A stretch of 42,843 nucleotides of DNA from an uncultured Bacilli bacterium (lineage in GTDB: Bacteria > Bacillota_I > Bacilli_A > RF39 > UBA660). Within the stretch, counting starts at the first letter, position 1. The number at the start of each line of letters is the position of its first letter. Below the pieces are notes generated by a model. It was not told the DNA's origin and made no database searches. It saw nothing but the letters and a program-made list of their open reading frames with translations. The translations under genes were made by a program, and so were the position numbers. Positions 9,775 through 18,475 of this stretch are shown here, piece by piece. The stretch lies in assembly GCA_944358165.1 (NCBI GenBank), contig CALVQS010000002.1, positions 1-42,843 on the forward strand, given 5' to 3'.

Positions 9775-10632
9775 ATGAGATTTACCAAAATGCAAGCTTA
9801 TGGCAACGACTATGTATATATTGATGCCATAAATCAAAAATTAGATAATCTAAATGAATTAGCCAAATTTGTATCCAATCATCACTTTGGTATTGGTAGT
9901 GATGGCATGGTTCTTATTTGTCCAAGTGATGTAGCAGACTTTAGAATGCGTATCTTTAATCCAGATGGAACAGAAGCAGAAATGTGTGGAAATGCCATTC
10001 GTAGTGTTGGAAAATATGTCTATGATCATAAATTAACGGATAAAACTCATTTAAAAATTGAAACTTTAGGAGGAATTAAAACTCTTGATTTAACAGTAGA
10101 AAATGGTGTTGTTACCAATATTCGTGCCAATATTTCCAAACCGATATTTGATCCAAAACAAATACCAGTAAACACAAACAAAGATAAGTTTATTATGGAA
10201 GAAGTAAAAATATTAGATCAAACTTTCAAATTAAGCAGTTTATCTTGGGGAAATCCTCATACGGTTTTATTTGTTGATGATGTAGCAAACTTTGATGTAG
10301 AAAAGTATGGTAGAGCGATTGAAAACAATCGGGAGGTATTTCCAAATAGAACGAATGTAACATTTGCTGAAATAATAAATAAAGATTATATAAAGATTAG
10401 AGAATGGGAAAGAGGAACTGGTGAAACCATTGGATGTGGTACAGGATGTTCTACTGCCGTTGTAATTGCAAGTACTTTAGGACTTACCAATAGGCATTGT
10501 CAAGTTGAACAAATTGGTGGTGTGTTAGAAATAGAGTATGCGGATAATGGTGAATTATACATGATTGGTCCAAGTAATTTTGTATTTGAAAGTGAGATTG
10601 ATGTATCCCACATTATAGGAGGAGAAAAATGA
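9775..10632 (+). CDS. dapF: diaminopimelate epimerase
   Basis: 285 aa; both catalytic Cys motifs present (NPDGTEAEMCGNAIR and GCGTGCS). Confidence 0.9.
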   Translation: MRFTKMQAYGNDYVYIDAINQKLDNLNELAKFVSNHHFGIGSDGMVLICPSDVADFRMRIFNPDGTEAEMCGNAIRSVGKYVYDHKLTDKTHLKIETLGGIKTLDLTVENGVVTNIRANISKPIFDPKQIPVNTNKDKFIMEEVKILDQTFKLSSLSWGNPHTVLFVDDVANFDVEKYGRAIENNREVFPNRTNVTFAEIINKDYIKIREWERGTGETIGCGTGCSTAVVIASTLGLTNRHCQVEQIGGVLEIEYADNGELYMIGPSNFVFESEIDVSHIIGGEK

Positions 10633-12092
10633 AAAAATTAAAAGACATTCTAGAAGGGGTTAGCTATACCGTTTTAACAGGAACGGCTGACTTAGAAATA
10701 AATGATATTAAATATGATAGCAGAAAAGTGGAAAAAGATGATATTTATGTAGCTTTAAAAGGATTTTCAACCGACGGCCATGAATATATACCGGAAGCAA
10801 TTGCAAAAGGTGCCAAAGTTATTATGGTCTCTAAAATAGTAAATATTGTAGGAGACGTTACTGTAATTAAAGTAGATGATACCCGAATTGCTTTATCATA
10901 TATGTCTGCAAACTATTTTGATAACCCAGCCAAAAAATTAAAAGTAATTGGTGTAACTGGAACAACGGGAAAAACAACAACAACCCATATGATTCGTGAA
11001 ATTTTGTTAAAGAGTGATATAAAATGTGGACTCATCGGTAGTATTGGTATAAAATACAATGATGTCGTAATTCATACTGACAATACAACACCAGAATCAT
11101 ATGAAGTACAAAAATATTTTAAAGAAATGCTAGATCATGGCATGACTCATGTAGTGATGGAAACATCTAGTCAAGCTTTTAAATTAAACAGACTAGCTGG
11201 AATCACTTTTGATATTGGGGTACTTACGAATGTTACTACTGACCATATTGGTCCCGGCGAACATGAATCTCATGAAGAATATGTAGCATGCAAAAACAAA
11301 CTATTCTTAAACAGTAAAGAAGTAATTAGCAATAATGATTCGAATTATTTAGAAGAAGTATTAAAGGGAGTAGAAGTACCAATCACAACCTATGGCATTA
11401 CAAATGAGGCCGATTTAAAAGTAACAGATATCAAATTAATTAATGACGAAAACTTCTTTGGATCTCTATTTACAACCGAAGGACTAATTAAAGATACTTT
11501 TAGAACTTGTATTCCTGGTGAATTTAATGTTTACAATGCTTTATGTGCAATTCTTGTATGTTATAAACTAGGTGTAGATGTTAAAAAAGCAAAAGATGCC
11601 TTACTTACTGTAAAGGTTCGTGGACGTATGGAAACAGCTTTAGTAACACCAAAATTTAAAGTATTAATTGATTATGCTCATACCGAAGATGGAATGAAAG
11701 GACTAGTAAAAACTCTAAGAGATTACAAACCAAAAAGATTAGTAAGCATCTTTGGAGGAGGAGGAAATCGTCCGAAAGAACGTCGTTATAATTTAGGCAA
11801 AATTATTGGAGGAGCATCCGACTTAAGTATTATTACAATGGATAATCCAAGATTTGAAGAAATAAGCAGTATCAACAAAGACATCAAAGTTGGTCTTGAT
11901 AAAATAGGTGCTAAATATATTGAAATTCCGGATCGTGCCGATGCAATTAAGTATGCTTGTGAAAATGCCGAAGAGGGAGATTTAATTTTATTAGTAGGCA
12001 AAGGTCATGAAGAATACCAAGATATAAAAGGTGTAAAATATCCATTTAGTGAAATAGAAGTAATTGAAGAAATTAAGAAGAATTTAAAATAG
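10629..12092 (+). CDS. murE: UDP-N-acetylmuramoyl-L-alanyl-D-glutamate--2,6-diaminopimelate ligase
   Basis: 487 aa; Mur ligase P-loop GVTGTTGKTTT; DNPR motif (MDNPRFE) typical of meso-DAP-adding MurE; 4-nt overlap with dapF. Confidence 0.95.
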   Translation: MKKLKDILEGVSYTVLTGTADLEINDIKYDSRKVEKDDIYVALKGFSTDGHEYIPEAIAKGAKVIMVSKIVNIVGDVTVIKVDDTRIALSYMSANYFDNPAKKLKVIGVTGTTGKTTTTHMIREILLKSDIKCGLIGSIGIKYNDVVIHTDNTTPESYEVQKYFKEMLDHGMTHVVMETSSQAFKLNRLAGITFDIGVLTNVTTDHIGPGEHESHEEYVACKNKLFLNSKEVISNNDSNYLEEVLKGVEVPITTYGITNEADLKVTDIKLINDENFFGSLFTTEGLIKDTFRTCIPGEFNVYNALCAILVCYKLGVDVKKAKDALLTVKVRGRMETALVTPKFKVLIDYAHTEDGMKGLVKTLRDYKPKRLVSIFGGGGNRPKERRYNLGKIIGGASDLSIITMDNPRFEEISSINKDIKVGLDKIGAKYIEIPDRADAIKYACENAEEGDLILLVGKGHEEYQDIKGVKYPFSEIEVIEEIKKNLK

Positions 12093-12147
12093 TCTTCTTT
12101 TTCTTTAGAAAAAATGGTAAAATAAAAATAGAAAAGAGTGATAAAAA

Positions 12148-12717
12148 ATGAAAGAAAAAATAATTGGAAAAATTGCCGTTAGTAATAGACATGTTCATTT
12201 AACAAAGGAAGTTTACGACCAACTTTTTGATGAACCAATAAGTATCAAAAGACCTTTAAATCAAATAGGGGAGTTTGCTTCATTTGAAACGGTAACTTTA
12301 AAAACGGAAAAAGCAGAAATACCAAATGTAAGAGTAATTGGACCTTTAAGAAAATATAATCAAGTAGAAATATCTAGAACGGATGCTTATCAATTAGGAC
12401 TAAACCCACCAGTAAGACAAAGTGGTGATTTAGAAGATAGTGAGACCATTACGTTAATTGGACCAAAAGGAGAAATAACATTAAATGATGCTTGTATTCA
12501 AGCAGAACGTCATGTTCATATGAACGAGAGAAAAGCAAAAGAATTAGGCTTAAAACATGAAGATATGGTTCATATCATTGTAGATAATGACAAAGGGGGA
12601 GTCATGGATGCTTTTGTAAAAGTAAGTGATAATGGTTACTTTGAAATTCATATCGATAAAGATGATGCTAATTGCTTCTTACTAAAAACTGGTGATGAGG
12701 TAATAATTGAAAAATAG
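12148..12717 (+). CDS. pduL: PduL-type phosphate acyltransferase (phosphate propanoyl/acetyl-transferase)
   Basis: 189 aa with the duplicated PduL signature SNRHVHL and AERHVHM. Confidence 0.8.
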   Translation: MKEKIIGKIAVSNRHVHLTKEVYDQLFDEPISIKRPLNQIGEFASFETVTLKTEKAEIPNVRVIGPLRKYNQVEISRTDAYQLGLNPPVRQSGDLEDSETITLIGPKGEITLNDACIQAERHVHMNERKAKELGLKHEDMVHIIVDNDKGGVMDAFVKVSDNGYFEIHIDKDDANCFLLKTGDEVIIEK

Positions 12718-13699
12718 TTTTTGGATCAAAGATATTTTAATTACACCACCCATTGTTCTAGCTCCTATGGCAGGGATCTCCAATACTTCTTATCGTAAAA
12801 TTGTAAAAGAAATGGGAGCAGGCCTTATTTATGCTGAAATGGTAAGTTCAAATGCTCTAACTTATGGCAACGAAAAAACATGGAAACTTTTAAAAATGAG
12901 TGAAGAAGAAAGACCAATCGCTCAACAAATTTTTGGAAGTGATGTAAATACGTTTGTGAATGCTGCAAAATTAGTAGAAGAAAAAATGCATCCAGATATT
13001 ATTGATATTAATATGGGGTGTCCTGTACCCAAAGTTGCCCTAAGAGCTCAAGCTGGAAGTGCCTTATTAAAAGATCCAGAAAAAATAAGAGAAATTGTAA
13101 GTGCGGTTGTACAGGCAGTATCAGTCCCTGTAACCGTTAAAATAAGAAGTGGCTGGGACGAAGATCATATAAATGCGGTTAAAGTAGCAAAGGTATGTGA
13201 AAGTGCCGGCGCATCTGCTATTGCTATTCATGCTAGAACCAGAAAGCAAGGTTACAGTGGAAAGGCCGACTGGAAAATTATAAAAGATGTAAAAGAAAGT
13301 GTATCAATTCCCGTAATCGGAAATGGTGATATAGATAGTCCAAAAAAAGCTTTGGCAATGTTACAAGAAACCGGTTGTGATGGTATTATGATTGGTAGAG
13401 CAGCCATCGGAAATCCATGGCTTTTTAAAGAATGCAAAGAATATCTTGAAAATGGTGTTTTAATACCTAAACCAACGAATGAAGAAAAAATAGAAATGAT
13501 TAAATACCATTATCATTTATTAAAAGAAGACAAGAATGAAAAAGCGGTCTTATTAGAAATCAGAACGCATGCTCTAGCTTATTTAAAAGGAATGCCGGAA
13601 TCAAAGCACTACAAAGAATTAATTTGTAAATCAAAAACAGAAGACGAATTTTTAAATATATTAGAGGAATATAAATTATTTTTAAAAAATGATTATTAG
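12707..13699 (+). CDS. dusB: tRNA-dihydrouridine synthase
   Basis: 330 aa; Dus motifs LAPMAGISN, DINMGCPVPK (catalytic Cys) and HARTR; TTG start overlapping the pduL end. Confidence 0.9.
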   Translation: MKNSFWIKDILITPPIVLAPMAGISNTSYRKIVKEMGAGLIYAEMVSSNALTYGNEKTWKLLKMSEEERPIAQQIFGSDVNTFVNAAKLVEEKMHPDIIDINMGCPVPKVALRAQAGSALLKDPEKIREIVSAVVQAVSVPVTVKIRSGWDEDHINAVKVAKVCESAGASAIAIHARTRKQGYSGKADWKIIKDVKESVSIPVIGNGDIDSPKKALAMLQETGCDGIMIGRAAIGNPWLFKECKEYLENGVLIPKPTNEEKIEMIKYHYHLLKEDKNEKAVLLEIRTHALAYLKGMPESKHYKELICKSKTEDEFLNILEEYKLFLKNDY

Positions 13700-13721
13700 A
13701 CAGTAAGTTCTGTCTTTTTTT
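13698..13721 (+). terminator. intrinsic terminator after dusB
   Basis: agacag / ctgtct stem, 6-nt loop, 6-7 T; overlaps the dusB stop codon. Confidence 0.8.
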
Positions 13722-13812
13722 GTCGCTAAAAATAAAATTTGTGCCCATTCACACTACCATCTATTTACATAAGGAAAAATATATGTTATATCCAAACAAA
13801 GGGGGACATAGC

Positions 13813-14716
13813 ATGAACGAAGAAAAATACTATGAAGAAATAAAACACTTAATTAAGAAAAATGAAATAGGAAAAAGAGCAAGAAAAATTGCAGAAAATA
13901 ATGATCTAGTAACAACTTACTGGAATATAGGAAGACTAATCATAGAAGCACAAGGAGGTGAAAGAAGGGCAAAGTATGGAAATGAATTAATCAAAAAATG
14001 GTTAATAAAGCTAACAGAACTTTATGGTAAAGGATATGATGCAACTAATTTACGTAAATTTAGGCAATTTTATTTGTGCTTTCAAAAATGCGCCACAGTG
14101 TGGCGCAAATTAAACTAGAGTCAAATTAAAAGAATATTACCAATCAAAGAAGAAAATAAACGTAATTACTATATTAATTTATGTATTAAAATCAATTTAT
14201 CAGAAAGAAAATTAAAGCAAGAAATAAAATCAAACTCTTATGAACGTTTAATAAATAAACCAGATAAAATAGAAATTATAGAACCAATTAAATATTCTAT
14301 TACAAGTGATATGAAAAATCCAATATTCATTCCTACAGATAAAGAAATTAAAACAGAAGACGAATTAGAATTAAGTATTCTTGCCAATTTAGATTATTTC
14401 TTTTAAACAACTAGGAGAAGGATTTACATTTGTAGGTCATCAATACAAAATTGATAATTATTATATAGATATTTTACTATTTAATTATAAGTTAAATTGC
14501 TTTATTGCAGTAGAATTAAAACTTAGGAGCCTAAAAAAAGAAGATAAAGCCCAAATAGAATTTTATATGAATTTAGTAGATGAAAATTTAAAAGAAAGCC
14601 ATCATAACAAAACCATAGGAATTATTATTACAAAGGAAAGTAATGAATTAGTAATTAATTTTGTTAGAAGAGAAAACATTATTCCTCTATACTATAAATT
14701 AAAGGAGAACATATGA
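13813..14716 (+). pseudogene. DUF1016/YhcG-type PD-(D/E)XK nuclease-family gene, copy 1, disrupted
   Basis: Starts MNEEKYYEEIKHLIKK. There is an in-frame TAG at 14116-14118, and the same frame then continues (SQIKRILPIKEENKRNYYINLCIK...). An extra T in ttcttttaaac, compared with copy 2, shifts the frame before the C-terminal module (GHQYKIDNYYIDILLFNYKLNCFIAVELK). Confidence 0.8.
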
Positions 14717-15517
14717 ACGAAGAAAAATACTATGAAGAAATAAAACACTTAATTAAGAAAAATGAAATAGGAAAAAGAGCAAGAAAAATTGAAGAAAATA
14801 ACGATCTAGTAACAACCTACTGGAATATAGGAAAGCTAATTGTTGAAGCCCAAGGAGGCGAGGCTAGAGCCAAGTACGGAAATGAACTAATCAAGAAATG
14901 GTCTGCAAAATTAACTGAAACCTATGGGAAAGGGTATAACTATACAAATTTATCACGATTTAGAAAATTTTACTTAATGTTTCCAATACTTGCGACAGTG
15001 TCGCAAGTATCTTGGTCCATAATATCGGTTTTATTACCTACAAAAGATATTAACAAACGTAATTATTATATAAATCTTTGTATTAAAAATAATTTGTCAG
15101 TAAGGGAATTAAAGCAAGAAATAAAATCAAACTCTTATGAACGTTTAATAAATAAACCAGATAAAATAGAAATTTCTTGCCAATTTAGATTATTTCTTTA
15201 AACAACTAGGAGAAGGCTTTTTATATGCTGGACATCAATATAAAATTGATAATTATTATATAGATATTTTGCTATTTAATTATAAGTTAAATTGTTTTAT
15301 TGTTGTAGAACTAAAACTTAGAAGTCTAAAAAAAGAAGATAAAGCTCAAATAGAATTTTACATGAATTTAGTAGATGAAAAACTAAAAGATAGCCATCAC
15401 AACAAAACCATAGGAATTATTATTACAAAAGAAAGTAATGAATTAGTAATTAATTTTGTTAGAAGAGAAGGCATTATTCCTCTATACTATAAATTGAAAA
15501 AGACCGTTTATAATTAA
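14713..15517 (+). pseudogene. DUF1016/YhcG-type PD-(D/E)XK nuclease-family gene, copy 2, disrupted
   Basis: Same N-terminus as copy 1. It lacks about 101 nt present in copy 1 (junction gaaatt|tcttgcc), which shifts the frame (ORF ends at 15201). The C-terminal nuclease module survives as the separate 15269..15517 ORF. Confidence 0.8.
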
Positions 15518-15556
15518 CTGTGTTCTTTTCATTTACACAGTTAATTATAAACGGTC
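15502..15556. repeat. perfect 21-bp inverted repeat (gaccgtttataattaactgtg / cacagttaattataaacggtc) with a 13-nt loop
   Basis: Read directly; includes the stop codon of DUF1016 copy 2; no T-run follows. Confidence 0.85.
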
Positions 15557-15630
15557 AGACTAATCTATGGGAAACCAGAATAGATAATATTGATGCTTTA
15601 AATCTTGTGTTTAAAGCTGAAACAATATTG

Positions 15631-15658
15631 GAATAGAGCATTTTCTCTATTCTTTTTT
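15631..15658 (+). terminator. intrinsic terminator (plus strand)
   Basis: 8-bp stem gaatagag / ctctattc, 6-nt loop, 6 T. Confidence 0.8.
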
Positions 15659-15671
15659 ACTATAAATTTAT

Positions 15672-15698
15672 AAAAAAATAGATGCCATGATGACATCC
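15672..15698 (-). terminator. intrinsic terminator for murC (minus strand)
   Basis: On the minus strand GATGTC / GGCATC stem (one G-U pair) followed by TATTTTTTT, immediately after the murC stop. Confidence 0.6.
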
Positions 15699-15701
15699 AT
15701 T

Positions 15702-17075
15702 TTATTTTTCCTCGCCTAAAAGAATTTTAGCAACTTTATTAACTGGTCCAGCCCCGATCGTTAAAATTAAATCATCTTTTTTAACGTGTTCTTTTAAATA
15801 CCCAGCAATTTCTGGATAAGTAGGAATATGTACAACATTTGGATTATTTTTAGCAATTAAACTTACTAAATCATCTTCCTTAACATTCCAAATATTTGTT
15901 TCTCTAGCTGGATAAATATCACATATAATTACATGATCAAATTTACTAAAAACATTGGCAAATTCTTGTAAATGTTCATAAGTTCTACTGTAAGTATGCG
16001 ATTGAAATACAGCCCAAACTTCATGATGCTTTATGGATTGACTAGAGTGATAAGTAGACATAATTTCCGTAGGGTGATGAGCAAAATCATCAAAGATAAA
16101 AGATCCGTGATACTTGCCAAGATATTCAAATCTTCTACCAACACCTGTAAATTCTTTTAAAGCTTTTTTTATAGTTTCTACATCAATCTGATAATTCATA
16201 CACATAAGAATAGTAGCAAGAGCATTCATAACGTTATGTTCTCCCAAAACACTTAAAGTAAAAGTATCCAAATATTTATCATTAAGATAAGCATCAAAAG
16301 TAGGGAATCCCAAATCAGAATAAGAAATATTTTTAGCTACTAAATTAGCAGGATTTTTAATTCCATAAGTAAGAGTATGTCTAGGGAATTTTAAATCACG
16401 AACATTCTCATCATCATTATTAACTACCAAATAACCATTGCTAGGTAACAAATCGATATATTTTTGAAAAGATTTTTTAGTATTTTCTACAGTTTTAAAA
16501 TAATCTAAATGATCATCATCAATATTTAAAATAATTTCACTAGTAGGATGAAAATGCAAGAAAGAATCGACATATTCACAAGCTTCCAAAATAAAATATT
16601 TTTTACCACCAATATAATAATTACCATGAATTTTCTTTAAAGAAGCTCCAATATTAATAGTTGGATTAAGATTAGCTTCTAAAAATACAGATGCTACCAT
16701 ACTAGTAGTTGTACTTTTCCCGTGGGTTCCGCTAATACAGATTAAGTTTTCATATTGTTTTGTATATTCTCCTAAAAATAAAGCTCTCTCAACACATTCG
16801 ATATTGTTTTCTTCGGCACAAACAAGTTCTACATCATCTTTACTAATCGCCACAGTATATATAACCAAATCAGCTTTTTTCACAGCATCAAGATCATGAC
16901 CAATTACAACAGGAATACCAATACTTTTTAAATATTCAGTATTTTCTGATTCTTGCATATCACTACCTGTAACGGTTTTACCATCATATTTAAGCATTGC
17001 TGCAATCGAATACATACTCGCTCCACCAATACCAATTAAATGTACATTTTGATAATCTTCAATATCTTTTTTCAT
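15702..17075 (-). CDS. murC: UDP-N-acetylmuramate--L-alanine ligase
   Basis: 457 aa; N-terminal GIGGASMYS Rossmann motif; Mur ligase P-loop GTHGKSTTT. Confidence 0.95.
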   Translation of the reverse strand: MKKDIEDYQNVHLIGIGGASMYSIAAMLKYDGKTVTGSDMQESENTEYLKSIGIPVVIGHDLDAVKKADLVIYTVAISKDDVELVCAEENNIECVERALFLGEYTKQYENLICISGTHGKSTTTSMVASVFLEANLNPTINIGASLKKIHGNYYIGGKKYFILEACEYVDSFLHFHPTSEIILNIDDDHLDYFKTVENTKKSFQKYIDLLPSNGYLVVNNDDENVRDLKFPRHTLTYGIKNPANLVAKNISYSDLGFPTFDAYLNDKYLDTFTLSVLGEHNVMNALATILMCMNYQIDVETIKKALKEFTGVGRRFEYLGKYHGSFIFDDFAHHPTEIMSTYHSSQSIKHHEVWAVFQSHTYSRTYEHLQEFANVFSKFDHVIICDIYPARETNIWNVKEDDLVSLIAKNNPNVVHIPTYPEIAGYLKEHVKKDDLILTIGAGPVNKVAKILLGEEK

Positions 17076-17137
17076 CTCTTCACCTCATAACTTTAATATA
17101 TTATATACTCAAAATAATGGTTTAAGCAATAAAATTC

Positions 17138-17166
17138 TTTTTTTTTATGTCAAACAATGTTATAAT
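17138..17166 (+). promoter_or_regulatory. putative extended -10 promoter (TGtTATAAT) preceded by a 9-T homopolymer
   Basis: Read by eye about 60 nt upstream of the 17228 ORF; the -35 position is occupied by the T tract. Confidence 0.4.
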
Positions 17167-17227
17167 TAGATTGGTCAATTTTAAACGTTTATACCTTATC
17201 AAAAAATGAATCAGGAGGCGTATTTAA

Positions 17228-18403
17228 ATGAATGTTAAAAAAAGTGTAAATTTGTGTTTATTAATGCTTTTTGTGTTTTTAAGTTTCATCAGCACTAGTA
17301 ATGCTCAATCTGAATATATCAAAATTTGCGAATATAATCATACTTATAATAGCACTACTACTATTTTTGGTGGTACTGTTACAGCTGCTAATAAAGTTGG
17401 TATTTATTACAATACTTTAAATAAAAAATATTATGTATACTCTCAATATATGTTAAGCAATTCCAACAGTGTTAATGATAGACGACCAGTACAATATATG
17501 GGAAATAATAATGTTTATATTCAATCAAATCAAATAGATGAAGATTCAGTTGTATGTCCAACATACGGATATTATAATCATAAAAGCAGCACATCTGACA
17601 AATTTTGCTTTGCCAATGATACAAGCTATTGCAGTAGTCGTGGAACTGATACAGATTTTAGCGGAGAAAATAATAAAATATATGACATAAATACAAAGTT
17701 AAAAAGTTATCTATCTGGATATTCTTATGATTTTAATATATCAAGTGATCCTTCTGAACTTGCAAATTACAAATTTTCAGATTTTGAAAACGCCATAACG
17801 AATGAAATAAATACTTACATTTTAAATGGGTTTGATGTAGAAATTAACGAATGGACACAAACTACCGAAAAATTAGACCAAGTATATGATTTTATTAAAA
17901 ATACATCAGCTTACAAAGAAAAAGTTCTTTCTGAAACAACAAAAGTAAAAAATGAATTAGATAGTAAAATCAACTCAGCTCTTGAAGATCCCAATACAAC
18001 TGAGGAAGAAAAAAATAATATGGAGCAAAGTCAACAACAGTTTGGTGATGATTTAGAAAAGTATGAATCAGAAGCAAATAAAGTAGAAGGAATTGAAGTA
18101 GAGATACCTGATGATGATACTTGCACTTCTTATTTAGGAGATTATAAAATTAGTGGCACACCAGCATGGTATTTGCATCAATTATTTAACATTATTAAAT
18201 ATGGAGCTATTGTCTTATGTTTAGTATTAACAATTATTGAATATGTTAAAGCTGCAACATCACAAGACGATAGTGCAATAAAAAAAGCATCACAAAAAAC
18301 ATTAAAAAGAGTAATAATCACTATAATTTTATTCTTAGCACCAACTTTAATTGAGTTTATTTTAGAATTGCTAGGTATCACAGGTTCTTGTGTATTAAAT
18401 TAA
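17228..18403 (+). CDS. secreted Cys-containing protein with a C-terminal two-helix pilin-like (VirB2-like) membrane hairpin
   Basis: 391 aa; signal peptide ending SNA|QSE; Cys-containing N-domain; acidic helical linker; C-terminal TM - charged loop (KAATSQDDSAIKKASQKTLKR) - TM; AGGAGG RBS. Confidence 0.6.
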   Translation: MNVKKSVNLCLLMLFVFLSFISTSNAQSEYIKICEYNHTYNSTTTIFGGTVTAANKVGIYYNTLNKKYYVYSQYMLSNSNSVNDRRPVQYMGNNNVYIQSNQIDEDSVVCPTYGYYNHKSSTSDKFCFANDTSYCSSRGTDTDFSGENNKIYDINTKLKSYLSGYSYDFNISSDPSELANYKFSDFENAITNEINTYILNGFDVEINEWTQTTEKLDQVYDFIKNTSAYKEKVLSETTKVKNELDSKINSALEDPNTTEEEKNNMEQSQQQFGDDLEKYESEANKVEGIEVEIPDDDTCTSYLGDYKISGTPAWYLHQLFNIIKYGAIVLCLVLTIIEYVKAATSQDDSAIKKASQKTLKRVIITIILFLAPTLIEFILELLGITGSCVLN

Positions 18404-18475
18404 AGTGAAAACCTTTTTTTGAATTTAATTTAATGATATAATAAATTTAGATAAATAGAAATATTTGGAGGGCAT

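Larger units (their letters stand above)
13813..15517 (+). repeat. tandem direct duplication, period 900 bp (13813 and 14713 starts)
   Basis: The first roughly 80 nt and an internal roughly 65-nt block (aaagcaagaaataaaatcaaactcttatgaacgtttaataaataaaccagataaaatagaaatt) are identical between copies; intervening stretches are clearly diverged. Confidence 0.85.

Noticed and set aside
13720-13812. N-terminal extension of the DUF1016 copy 1 ORF starting at TTG 13720
   Set aside because: It begins inside the dusB terminator T-run. Copy 2 shows that the real start is the MNEEKYYEE ATG (13813).
15559-15630. Short ORF tail (..WETRIDNIDALNLVFKAETILE*) with an internal 8-bp hairpin gctttaaa / tttaaagc
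   Set aside because: It is too short and has no start codon or recognisable family. It is probably another gene remnant, so it is not annotated as a feature.
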